The position numbers and the translations under genes were made by a program. DNA of 45,862 nt, from the NCBI GenBank assembly GCA_043808545.1, contig JAZDEU010000020.1, forward strand, positions 1 to 45,862, written 5' to 3'. Under the pieces are notes generated by a model. It searched no databases, was not told where the DNA came from, and saw only the letters and a program-made list of their open reading frames with translations. Source of the DNA: a bacterium. GTDB lineage: Bacteria; Patescibacteriota; Patescibacteriia; JAZDEU01. Shown here one piece after another: positions 24,959 through 34,086 of this stretch; the first letter of the stretch is position 1, and each line of letters begins with the position of its first letter.

Positions 24959-25261
24959 ATGATACCAATTCAAACAACTAAAGACATTTTATTTTTAGTG
25001 ATTGCTTTTTGCGTTTTGCTCCTTACTATTTTTTTAGCATGGCTTCTTTATTATTTTATCGCAATAATAAGAGATGTCCGCAAATTAACAAAAAGCATTG
25101 AAGATAAAGTTGAAAAAACAGGCGCAGTTATAGATTTAATAAAGAATAAAGTTGATAGTTCCGCAACGCATTTTATCCTTTTAGTTGAAGCGATAAAGCA
25201 AATAGTAAAATTTGCTATGGAAAGGCGGGAAGCGAAAAAGGCGGCGAAGAAGAAAAAATAA
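24959..25261 (+). CDS. small membrane-anchored protein with a coiled coil and a Lys-rich tail (DUF948-like)
   Basis: One N-terminal TM helix, then a helical region ending in EAKKAAKKKK. Confidence 0.3.
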   Translation: MIPIQTTKDILFLVIAFCVLLLTIFLAWLLYYFIAIIRDVRKLTKSIEDKVEKTGAVIDLIKNKVDSSATHFILLVEAIKQIVKFAMERREAKKAAKKKK

Positions 25262-25425
25262 AAATTGAGAAATAGAGAAATTAGCATTAATTCAAAGTTT
25301 AACACCCCCCTTTGGTGAAATATGTGATTTTTGTCAGTTATTTAACAGAAGTTTGTTTTTAGTTAAACTATGTGTCATTTGTAATCCTGACAGTACGGAA
25401 TAGCTTTTACATAGCTTTTTTTTAT

Positions 25426-25453
25426 TTGATTTATGCGTAGAATGTGCTATAAT
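25426..25453 (+). promoter_or_regulatory. sigma70-like promoter (TTGATT - 16 nt - TGcTATAAT) about 150 nt upstream of dnaE
   Basis: -35 at 25426-25431, extended -10 at 25445-25453. Sequence only. Confidence 0.4.
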
Positions 25454-25575
25454 AGTTTTAAACGCGCCACTACGAACATCAGTTTAGACGCCACACTACG
25501 AATGCGGCACATCCGAATAACGACACCCATCTGAATTTTTTTAAAGATTTAACATTCGGATTTTTCGGGGCATTT

Positions 25576-25603
25576 GGATAAAATTTGTAGGTTCGGATTA
25601 TAT
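25576..25603 (+). promoter_or_regulatory. 28-nt start-proximal element GGATAAAATTTGTAGGTTCGGATTATAT (copy 1, abuts the dnaE ATG)
   Basis: 26/28 identical to 40047-40074. Similarity extends upstream through ATTCGGA..GCATT. Confidence 0.5.
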
Positions 25604-25605
25604 TT

Positions 25606-28600
25606 ATGACTTTTACCCACTTACATACGCATAGCCATTATAGCTTATTAGACGGACTGGCAAAGATTGACGATCTTGTCGCGAAAGCTAAGGAATATAA
25701 GATGGATTCTTTAGCTTTAACAGATCATGGAGTAATGTATGGACTAGTTGAATTTTATCAAAAATGCAAGGCCGCGGGCATAAAGCCGATTTTAGGAGTG
25801 GAGGTATATCTTGCGCCCAATGGAATGGAAAATAAACGATCAAAAATAGATGAGGAAAGACCCCATCTTGTTTTATTAGCAAAAAATATTCAAGGTTATA
25901 AAAATTTAATAGAATTAACATCAAAAGCGCATTTAGATGGTTTTTATTATAAACCAAGAATAGACTTTGATTTATTAGAAAAAAATCACGAAGGCCTAAT
26001 TGCTTTAACTGCTTGTCTTGGGGGAGAAATTCCTTCATTGATTAAGAATGGCAATAGAGAGAGAGCAAAGCAACGAATAATTGAGTATAGTAAATTATTC
26101 GGGGAAGGGAATTTTTATTTAGAAATCCAACATCATAAGGATTGCAAAATTCAGGAATTTGTAAATAAAGAAATGATGAAATTATCTAAAGAAACGGGAG
26201 TGCCTCTTGTCGCGACTAATGATATTCATTATGTGGAAGCTGAAGATCGGCATGCTCATGATATTTTATTATGCTTGCAGACTAAAAAACAGCTTGCGGA
26301 CAAGAATAGGATGAATATGTTAGAGTTTGATGTTTCTTTTAGAAGTCCGGAGCAGATGATTAAAGATTTTTCGTATATTCCGGAAGCTATTGAAAATACG
26401 AAAATTATTGCGGATATTTGCAATGTTGAAATTGAGTTAGGAGAAATAAAGCTTCCATATTATGAAGTTCCTGAAGGAAATACAGAAAATAGTTATTTGA
26501 ACAAATTATGTGTTCAAGGGCTAAAATCAAGATACAATATTACAGAAGAGGAAATAATGGCAGTGAGAAATAAAAAAATATCAGACGAAGAATTAGAAAT
26601 TAGAAATTTGAAATTAGAAATTGGAGAAAAACCATCTAATGAGGATTTTATAAGGAATGTAATAGAACGTATGGATTATGAGCTTGGTGTTATAAATAAG
26701 ATGGGGTTTGCTTCATACTTTCTTATTGTGCAAGATTTTGTTAATTGGTCAAAGAATAATGGCGTAGTTGTCGGACCTGGAAGAGGCAGCGCGGCTGGCG
26801 CGATCGTGGCTTATTTATTGAATATTACTAATGTTGATCCTATAAAATACGATTTGCTTTTTGAAAGATTTTTAAATCCGGAAAGAATTTCTATGCCTGA
26901 TATAGATATTGATTTCGCGGATACGAAAAGAGAAGATGTGATAAGGTATGTAGAAAAAAAATATGGGACGGATCATGTTGCGCAGATTATAACTTTCGGG
27001 ACGATGGCGGCAAGAGCGGCGATTAGGGATGTCGGCAGAGTTTTGGCAATTCCTTATGATTATTGCGATAGAATAGCAAAAATGATACCGATGTTTTCTT
27101 CTTTGAATAAAGCTTTAGAAATTGTCCCGGATTTTAAAGCTATTTATAAAAGCGATAGTGATGCTAAAAAGTTAATAGATATGGCGAGGAAACTTGAAGG
27201 CGTCGCCAGGCATTCTTCCCGCCACGCTTGCGGAATAGTTATTTCTCAAAATAAATTAACGGATTATGTACCTTTGCAATATGCTTCTGGCGATGATAGG
27301 ACGATTGTTTCCCAATATTCGCTCCATCCGGTTGAAGATTTGGGATTGTTGAAAATGGATTTTTTAGGACTCAAAAATTTAACTATCATTGAACGGGCGA
27401 TAAAGATTATAAAAAGAATTTATAATGACGAAATAGATATTGATAATTTACCCATTGATGACGAGAAAACTTATGAATTATTCCAGCAAGGGAATACTAC
27501 TGGCGTATTTCAGTTTGAATCTTCAGGGATGAGACGATATTTAAAGGAATTAAAGCCTACGGATATTGAAGATCTTATCGCGATGACTTCTTTATACCGT
27601 CCGGGACCAATGGATCTTATTCCTGAATATATTGCTGTAAAACATGGCAGGAAAAAACCATCATATCTGCATCCGTTTTTAAAACCGATTCTAGACAAAA
27701 CTTACGGCATAGCGGTTTATCAAGAACAGCTTTTGCGGATAGCAAGAGATTTGGCTGGATTTACTTTAGGAGAAGCTGATGTTTTGCGCCGCGCTATTGG
27801 AAAAAAGATAATAAAACTTTTAAACGAACAAAAAATTAAATTCATAAAAGGATGCATTGCAAACGGCATAAAAGAAAAAACCGCGAGAGATATTTTTGCT
27901 TTTATGGAGCCTTTTGCGGGATATGGTTTTAATAGAAGCCATGCGGCTTGTTATGCGATCATTGCTTATCAAACAGCATATTTAAAAGCTAATTATCCAG
28001 CTGAGTTTATGGCGGCTTTAATGACTTCTGATAATGGCAATCTTGATAAAATTGCCGTAGAGATTGAAGAATCTGTCAGGATGGGGGTTGATATTTTGCC
28101 GCCTGATATAAATGAGAGTTATAAAACTTTTACTGTTGTTGACAGCGAGCAGAGGGGTAAGAAAAAAATAAGATTCGGGCTTTCAGCAGTTAAAAATTTA
28201 GGAGAGAACATCATTGAAAATATAAAAGATGAGAGGGAAAAAAATGGAAAATTTAAAGACACTGATGATTTTGTTAATAGGATGAATTGTAAGGATTTTA
28301 ATAAAAAATCTTTAGAAAGTTTAATAAAAAGCGGGTCATTAGATGGTTTTGGAGAAAGAGGAGATTTACTCGCGAGCGTAGATAAAATTTTAGCTTATTC
28401 TAAGAATGCTCAAAAAGCCAAAGACGGGGGGCAGGATAGTTTATTCGGGCAAGTTGAAACATTTCAATTAAAAATAGAAAAAGGCGATCCTGTTTCGGAA
28501 AAAGATAAATTATCTTGGGAAAAAGAATTTTTAGGTTTATATATTTCAGATCACCCATTTCGCAAGTTTTCTAAAATTTTACAGGATAATATTGTGAAAA

Positions 28601-29208
28601 TTTCTTATCTTGAGTATGCTAAAGATGGCTCAACAATAAGAGCGGGAGGGATAATCTCAACCATAAAAAAAATAATTACTAAAAAAAATGAGCAGATGAT
28701 GTTTATAAGATTGGAGGACGAGACTGGCGGAGGGGAAGTTATCGTATTCCCATCTATTCTAAAAGAATACGCAAATATTTTAAAAGAAGCAGAAACTGTT
28801 GTTATAACAGGAAAAGTTTCCGCGAAAGATTCAACAAATAAAATTATATGCAATGAAATTTTATCTATAAGAGAAGAAAACGCGCTTGACATAAATTCTC
28901 GCTTAGTAAAGATAGATTTTAAGTTAAGAAAGAAAGAAATTTTAGAGAAAGAAATTTTTGATAAAAACGAAGAGGATATTTATGCTGGAGAAATTGATAT
29001 TGGAAAAAAAATAAATATAAGGATAAATAATAAAAATGACATTTTGAAATTAAAGGACATTTTAATATCTGGGAAGGGCAATAATCTGGTATATTTAATT
29101 GTTGATAATAAAAAAATCAAGACTAAATTTAGCATTGATGATAGCGCGGAGATTAAACGTAAAATAGCTGAGATAGCGGGGGAGGGAAATGTGTTTGAGG
29201 AGATATAA
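25606..29208 (+). CDS. dnaE: DNA polymerase III alpha subunit
   Basis: PHP domain HLHTHSHYSLLDG; polymerase core GPGRGSAAGA..; FNRSHAACYA; 1200 aa. Confidence 0.9.
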   Translation: MTFTHLHTHSHYSLLDGLAKIDDLVAKAKEYKMDSLALTDHGVMYGLVEFYQKCKAAGIKPILGVEVYLAPNGMENKRSKIDEERPHLVLLAKNIQGYKNLIELTSKAHLDGFYYKPRIDFDLLEKNHEGLIALTACLGGEIPSLIKNGNRERAKQRIIEYSKLFGEGNFYLEIQHHKDCKIQEFVNKEMMKLSKETGVPLVATNDIHYVEAEDRHAHDILLCLQTKKQLADKNRMNMLEFDVSFRSPEQMIKDFSYIPEAIENTKIIADICNVEIELGEIKLPYYEVPEGNTENSYLNKLCVQGLKSRYNITEEEIMAVRNKKISDEELEIRNLKLEIGEKPSNEDFIRNVIERMDYELGVINKMGFASYFLIVQDFVNWSKNNGVVVGPGRGSAAGAIVAYLLNITNVDPIKYDLLFERFLNPERISMPDIDIDFADTKREDVIRYVEKKYGTDHVAQIITFGTMAARAAIRDVGRVLAIPYDYCDRIAKMIPMFSSLNKALEIVPDFKAIYKSDSDAKKLIDMARKLEGVARHSSRHACGIVISQNKLTDYVPLQYASGDDRTIVSQYSLHPVEDLGLLKMDFLGLKNLTIIERAIKIIKRIYNDEIDIDNLPIDDEKTYELFQQGNTTGVFQFESSGMRRYLKELKPTDIEDLIAMTSLYRPGPMDLIPEYIAVKHGRKKPSYLHPFLKPILDKTYGIAVYQEQLLRIARDLAGFTLGEADVLRRAIGKKIIKLLNEQKIKFIKGCIANGIKEKTARDIFAFMEPFAGYGFNRSHAACYAIIAYQTAYLKANYPAEFMAALMTSDNGNLDKIAVEIEESVRMGVDILPPDINESYKTFTVVDSEQRGKKKIRFGLSAVKNLGENIIENIKDEREKNGKFKDTDDFVNRMNCKDFNKKSLESLIKSGSLDGFGERGDLLASVDKILAYSKNAQKAKDGGQDSLFGQVETFQLKIEKGDPVSEKDKLSWEKEFLGLYISDHPFRKFSKILQDNIVKISYLEYAKDGSTIRAGGIISTIKKIITKKNEQMMFIRLEDETGGGEVIVFPSILKEYANILKEAETVVITGKVSAKDSTNKIICNEILSIREENALDINSRLVKIDFKLRKKEILEKEIFDKNEEDIYAGEIDIGKKINIRINNKNDILKLKDILISGKGNNLVYLIVDNKKIKTKFSIDDSAEIKRKIAEIAGEGNVFEEI

Positions 29209-29251
29209 AATCTGACTTTTTTATTTTTTTATATTATGGTAAAATAATATT

Positions 29252-29602
29252 ATGGATAAAGAAATAATGCTTAAATTTATAGATGAAGTTATTAGTAAGT
29301 CTGGACTTGAATTGCCAGATGATTTTAAGACCGATTATCAAGAGCGGATGCTTTCTAATCTGCAAAAAAAGATTTGGTTATTGATGATTTCTGAATTAGA
29401 TGATGCGAAATTAAAAAAGTTCGTTGAGTTGACTGATGGGATTAGTGATCCTGAAAATATCGGAGATAAAAAAAACATTGATATCTTAGAGTTTTTTAAA
29501 AATAATATAGAGGATTTTGAAATTAAGATTTTAAAAGCAATGGATGCTTTTGGAAATGATTTTATCAGTGATGTCGTAGCGCTTAAGGACAGTACGCTCT
29601 AA
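29252..29602 (+). CDS. hypothetical small acidic protein
   Basis: ORF track only. 116 aa, helical and acidic, co-directional with the 1078-aa gene. Confidence 0.35.
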   Translation: MDKEIMLKFIDEVISKSGLELPDDFKTDYQERMLSNLQKKIWLLMISELDDAKLKKFVELTDGISDPENIGDKKNIDILEFFKNNIEDFEIKILKAMDAFGNDFISDVVALKDSTL

Positions 29603-29703
29603 ATTAGCGCTGATTTTTTTTAAAACACACCCCTGTCACCTCTTGCTAGCGGGGAACTAATAGACTAAGTTTTTACCACATGAGTAGTTAAATATTTTTT
29701 AGT

Positions 29704-32700
29704 ATGTCTTTATTTAGAAAAACGAAAGAAATGGCGGTTCAAAAAGAAAAAGAATTTGAACCGCAAGAGCAAAAAGCTGATGAAGCTGTTGAGTTTTTAG
29801 ATCCAAGCGAGATAAGAAAGCAATATGACAGAGATATTGATCTTTTGATGTCAGCAAAAAACAAAGAATATATGGAGAGCATAAATGAAGATGAAGGAGC
29901 GCAGATAGATAAGAGGATTGCGAATATGGGAGAGCGTTTAGGATTTGGGGATGAGTTAGATAGAAAAAGAAATGGTGTTATGAATATATTCAGGAAAGTT
30001 TTTGGAGTTAAAGAGAAAAAAACAAAAGATGAGATAATTCTAGATAAGACGGGTAAAATAAGAGATGACGCGGAAGCATGGGTTAAGCGCGATTTGTATT
30101 TTGAGAAAGCGGAGAAAACGCGGCTAGAGCGGGAGAAAGAAGAATCTGCGTTAGCAACTAAAGGAAAAAATATTGCTAAAGTAATTGGTGGTTTAGGAAA
30201 GACAGTCGCAGAGGCTGGCGCGGCGTTTAAGGCAAGCCATATTTTAGTGTCATCCGGGTTAGCTATGGCTGGCGCGGGAGTTGCGGCAAGCGGAGCAGGG
30301 GCGGCAGTCGGATCTTTCGCGTTAGCTGGCGGAGCGCTTTATGGCGGAAAGAAAATGGCTAGTTGGGTAAAAGAGAAATGGAGAGAGCATAAGTATATGC
30401 AGGATGAGTTAGATTATGAGAATAAGTTTATTCAAGAAAGATTAAAACAAAGAACATCTGAACTAATGAGCATAGAATTGATGGATAAGCAGGACGCGGG
30501 AAGAGTGAAAGAAGATAAAAAATACGAGGGCATGAGAAAGCAATATATTACTGGGAAGATTGATGATAATGAATGGAATGAATTTTTAATGAATAGGGCA
30601 GGGGAATCAATAAAACAATGGGCAGAGGGAAAAGAAGGGATAGATGTAAAATACACGGAAAGAGAAATAAAGGATATGGGTGTTGCGGCGGCTGTTTTGG
30701 GGAAGACAGAGGAAAAATTAGATGGAAAAGTTGAGAGAAAATTATTTGACATAGCGAGAAGCAATCCGGCTTTGTTTAAAAAGATAAGCAATGAAAATAC
30801 ATTTAAAACAATGGGTAAAGAATATCTTAATGAATTAAAGGGTTTAGTTTTGTTTCAAATTCCGATTGTTCGTTTAGCTTTAACTGGCGCCGGCGGATGG
30901 GAGCTTGGAAATCAAGTAATAGACATAGCTTTTGAGGGCAATGAATGGTATGAACAAAATAAATATGGCTTGCGTACTTTAACGAAATCTATAGCAGGCA
31001 TTGGCGGAGTGGCGGCTTTGTTTTATGTTTTTTCGCAAGAAGTGGATGGGAGTAAAATTAAAGGGTTAGTTCAGGAGTTTAGGAATGATTGGGGGAAAGT
31101 CGGGAAAATAATAGAGACGCTTTCTCCGGGTAAAGCTGAGGCGGCGGAGATAGAATATCAGACGCCGCAAGTCAAAGATTCTAATGTTGTTAAGGCGCTT
31201 AGTAGTAAAGGGAAGTCAATAGAAGATTTTCATACAGAAGGAAAAATAAACATTGTAAAAGGAGATAATTTATGGAAAATTGCGCAAGAAATGCAACCGC
31301 CAGCGTCTAATAATATTAAAACGCTTCTTGGCGCAGAACTTGCGCCAAAAAACATTAAAGGCGTTGCTCCAAATGTTGCGTTAGATGCAGGGAAAAAGAT
31401 TCAAATAGACGCGATCAAGGATTTTTTAGTTAATAAATATAAACAGCAATATCCGGGAGCTAACCCTGATGTAATTAAACCGGGGCAGAAAATAGATTTT
31501 AGTCCAAAGGAATTAACAGAATATCTTACAAAAAAAGGCGGCGTTGTTGAGAAAGTGCAAAATTTAACTCCGAAGCAAGCTATGGAAGCCGCAGGCGGAA
31601 AATATGATGTTAAGCCTATTAAAAAAGCGGTGGCGGTTGAGAAAGTGAAGAATGTTAAAGAGGTAAAAAGTGCGGAGATTAAAGAGAAGGTGAAAATTGA
31701 AAAGAAGGCGGATGCGCAACAAAAGACAAAAGAAGGACAGGCGCAAGAAGTCAGTAAAGATTCTAAAATAGAAGATAATAGCGATATAAATAAGAGAATA
31801 GCTGATAATGATTATGTGAGTCAGGCAGAGTGGGAGCAAGCTCATACCATAGCTTCGCCGCAAGAATACGCGGATTATATGGAAAAGGTTCCTTTGGCGA
31901 AGAGAGTAGGAAAAGGGATGGAGAAATTAAAGTTGCCGCAAGATAAGATAGAGCTTGAATATGTAAAAAAGATTGAAGGTATAGCAGAAAAATTTACGAC
32001 GGAGCAAAGAAAATTAGGCGCGGTCAAAGAATTGGAAAACAGAATAAATAGATTAGATGGTAATGCGAATAAAGAGACTATTGAAGATCATATTTTATTT
32101 TTATCGCAGTCTGGCGCAGAAAGAGATGTTTTTAATTTAAAATTAAATAGCGCGATAGAGCTGAGAAGCGTTCTGCAGAAACGGCTTAATGTTTCGCCCG
32201 AAGCGATTGGCAGACTAGAAGCGATTTCATCCACAAAAGACGGAATGGTTTTAACGCCGGAAGGTATTTTGGGACATCCTAAAATATATTTATCTGAAAA
32301 TTATGAAATTACAAAAGTAGAAAATGCAGGATATGTTTATGAATCTTCGCGCGACCAATTGAGCAGTTTCAGAGATTGGAAAAAAAGAATCTTAAGACAG
32401 GATAATAGCGTGAAATGGAATCAGTTTCTAGACTATATAGTTATAAAGGGAAATGTTTCAGAAACGAATATGCGCTATGTAAATAGTCCGGAGAAGGTGA
32501 ATTTTGTAATATATTTAGTTGAGCATAATTCTTTTAATAATGTAGAAGCTAGTTCGCGTTTAGGAGATTGCTTAAAGTTGCTTGATAGCCGTCCGTCTTT
32601 AAACTTTTTGCAGAAATTTAATTTTGCGAGAATTATATTAAACCCGAAAAATGCGGAAGTGTCAAAAGATTTTATTACGAGTTTTGGGTTTAGTGAACCA

Positions 32701-32940
32701 AAAGATATAAAGATTAAAGTAAAAGGGGATAGGATTACAATACCGGGCGTGGAGCTTAATGGTAATAAATTTAATTTGCATTTTGATACAAAGACTGGGG
32801 AATTTATTGATCCATGGTTTTTTGGTTTAGGGGACAAAAGATTTAAAAATCCATCTGAATTTTTGAATTATTTAGGAGAGCATATTAAGCATAAGACAGG
32901 GCATTTTTCATATTTGAAAAAGCGGGGGCGGCGGGGGTAG
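29704..32940 (+). CDS. large hypothetical membrane-associated protein with a Gly/Ala-zipper segment and a LysM-like module
   Basis: GGLGKTVAEAGAAF...AMAGAGVAASGAGAAVGSFALAGGALYGG hydrophobic block; a second hydrophobic pair near aa 385-450; INIVKGDNLWKIAQEM...IKPGQKIDF is LysM-like. Confidence 0.5.
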   Translation: MSLFRKTKEMAVQKEKEFEPQEQKADEAVEFLDPSEIRKQYDRDIDLLMSAKNKEYMESINEDEGAQIDKRIANMGERLGFGDELDRKRNGVMNIFRKVFGVKEKKTKDEIILDKTGKIRDDAEAWVKRDLYFEKAEKTRLEREKEESALATKGKNIAKVIGGLGKTVAEAGAAFKASHILVSSGLAMAGAGVAASGAGAAVGSFALAGGALYGGKKMASWVKEKWREHKYMQDELDYENKFIQERLKQRTSELMSIELMDKQDAGRVKEDKKYEGMRKQYITGKIDDNEWNEFLMNRAGESIKQWAEGKEGIDVKYTEREIKDMGVAAAVLGKTEEKLDGKVERKLFDIARSNPALFKKISNENTFKTMGKEYLNELKGLVLFQIPIVRLALTGAGGWELGNQVIDIAFEGNEWYEQNKYGLRTLTKSIAGIGGVAALFYVFSQEVDGSKIKGLVQEFRNDWGKVGKIIETLSPGKAEAAEIEYQTPQVKDSNVVKALSSKGKSIEDFHTEGKINIVKGDNLWKIAQEMQPPASNNIKTLLGAELAPKNIKGVAPNVALDAGKKIQIDAIKDFLVNKYKQQYPGANPDVIKPGQKIDFSPKELTEYLTKKGGVVEKVQNLTPKQAMEAAGGKYDVKPIKKAVAVEKVKNVKEVKSAEIKEKVKIEKKADAQQKTKEGQAQEVSKDSKIEDNSDINKRIADNDYVSQAEWEQAHTIASPQEYADYMEKVPLAKRVGKGMEKLKLPQDKIELEYVKKIEGIAEKFTTEQRKLGAVKELENRINRLDGNANKETIEDHILFLSQSGAERDVFNLKLNSAIELRSVLQKRLNVSPEAIGRLEAISSTKDGMVLTPEGILGHPKIYLSENYEITKVENAGYVYESSRDQLSSFRDWKKRILRQDNSVKWNQFLDYIVIKGNVSETNMRYVNSPEKVNFVIYLVEHNSFNNVEASSRLGDCLKLLDSRPSLNFLQKFNFARIILNPKNAEVSKDFITSFGFSEPKDIKIKVKGDRITIPGVELNGNKFNLHFDTKTGEFIDPWFFGLGDKRFKNPSEFLNYLGEHIKHKTGHFSYLKKRGRRG

Positions 32941-33043
32941 CAGTATATAATTTTTTTTTAAAAAAAAAATAAGAACCATAGAGAGAAATAAGATGTTTGT
33001 GAGTTTTTTTGCTCGCATCAAATTTTTCAATATGGTTCTTTTT

Positions 33044-33080
33044 GGAGCGGAGCCGTGAACCAAACGGCTCCGCTTTTGTG
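33044..33080 (+). terminator. rho-independent terminator downstream of the 1078-aa gene
   Basis: AGCGGAGCCGT - gaaccaa - ACGGCTCCGCT (11-bp perfect stem) followed by TTTTGTG. Confidence 0.65.
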
Positions 33081-33255
33081 AACTATAATGTGCGTGTCAC
33101 CACATTTCCCCCTCTAAAGATGGGGGAATAGGGGAGTTGGGGCTATAATGGGCGTGTCGCCGAATGCGGTTTTTTACAAAATTATGAAAACTTTTAGGCT
33201 TTATTAAGCCAAAATTTTTTTCAAAAATCGTAAAATTTGCTATTCGGCGACAGTC

Positions 33256-34086
33256 TCATAATTTGCGGGCGTAAAATACCACCCGTTGGTTTTTTTTGCG
33301 ATCCGATGGTTCGTACTCCATCGTTTCGCCTCCGTACTCTATCCCTTCGACAGAGTACCCCTTCCCTTTAAAAAAGTCGGCAACTGCCTGCGCCCGGGCA
33401 GTACCGAGTTTTTCATTTAACTCCCCGCCAGCCTCTGTTAACGCTGGCGATGCCATGCCCTTCACGGAGTACACTTTATATAAAGGTGTAGTATTTGGGT
33501 CAGACATTTTGTCTGCCCATTCTTGAGTCTGCACAAGAGTGGCACCCTCTAGCGCCGACTTTCCCTCCCCAAAGCCGACGATATAGCCGACAATATAGTC
33601 GGCGTAATCACCGGCAGTAAGGTCGCGGGTTCGTAGGGCGGTCTTGCGGACGTCGCCAATTTGCTCCCCGAGACTTCGCGCTCGGGTGGCAATTTTTTTG
33701 ACGGTGGTGTCTAGGACTCTTAGGTTGTCCTTGACGGCTCCGACCTGCCCCTCGAGTACATCGTGGGCGGCTGTTACGACCGCGATGCGGACATCGTGGC
33801 TATCCAGCCGCTCCCCAAGAGCGGTTGCTTCTCCTTCTAGGCTGGTCGCCCGCTCCTCTATGGCGTCGGTCGCTTCCCCAAGAGCGGTTGCTTCTCCTTC
33901 TAGGCTGGTCGCCCGCTCCTCTATGGCATCGGTCGCTTCCCCGAGAGCCTCAAATGCCTCCCTAGAGGAGACCTGCCCCGCCTCCAGCGCATCCAGTCTC
34001 CCATTTATTACGGCTAATTTCCTTGGGATGCAACCGGAAACCGCCACCACCGCCACCAGCACTACAAAAAAATTTGCCTTTCTCAT
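33256..34086 (-). CDS. lipoprotein with a coiled-coil region and an OmpA_C-like peptidoglycan-binding domain; compositionally foreign (high GC)
   Basis: Lipobox VVAVSGC; duplicated 21-aa unit GEATDAIEERATSLEGEATAL; C-terminus ...ELNEKLGTARAQAVADFFKGKGY...GGE...KKNQRVVFY. GGAGGG lies 9 nt upstream of the ATG. Confidence 0.65.
   Translation of the reverse strand: MRKANFFVVLVAVVAVSGCIPRKLAVINGRLDALEAGQVSSREAFEALGEATDAIEERATSLEGEATALGEATDAIEERATSLEGEATALGERLDSHDVRIAVVTAAHDVLEGQVGAVKDNLRVLDTTVKKIATRARSLGEQIGDVRKTALRTRDLTAGDYADYIVGYIVGFGEGKSALEGATLVQTQEWADKMSDPNTTPLYKVYSVKGMASPALTEAGGELNEKLGTARAQAVADFFKGKGYSVEGIEYGGETMEYEPSDRKKNQRVVFYARKL
33813..33938. repeat. 63-bp tandem duplication (2 copies, 1 mismatch seen) inside the lipoprotein gene
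   Basis: CCCCAAGAGCGGTTGCTTCTCCTTCTAGGCTGGTCGCCCGCTCCTCTATGGC(G/A)TCGGTCGCTT starts at 33813 and again at 33876. Confidence 0.9.

Noticed and set aside
25606-29208. Intein or intron in dnaE
   Set aside because: The length (1200 aa) is normal. The only extra segment is the short ELEIRNLKLEI word-repeat insert, and there are no intein block motifs.
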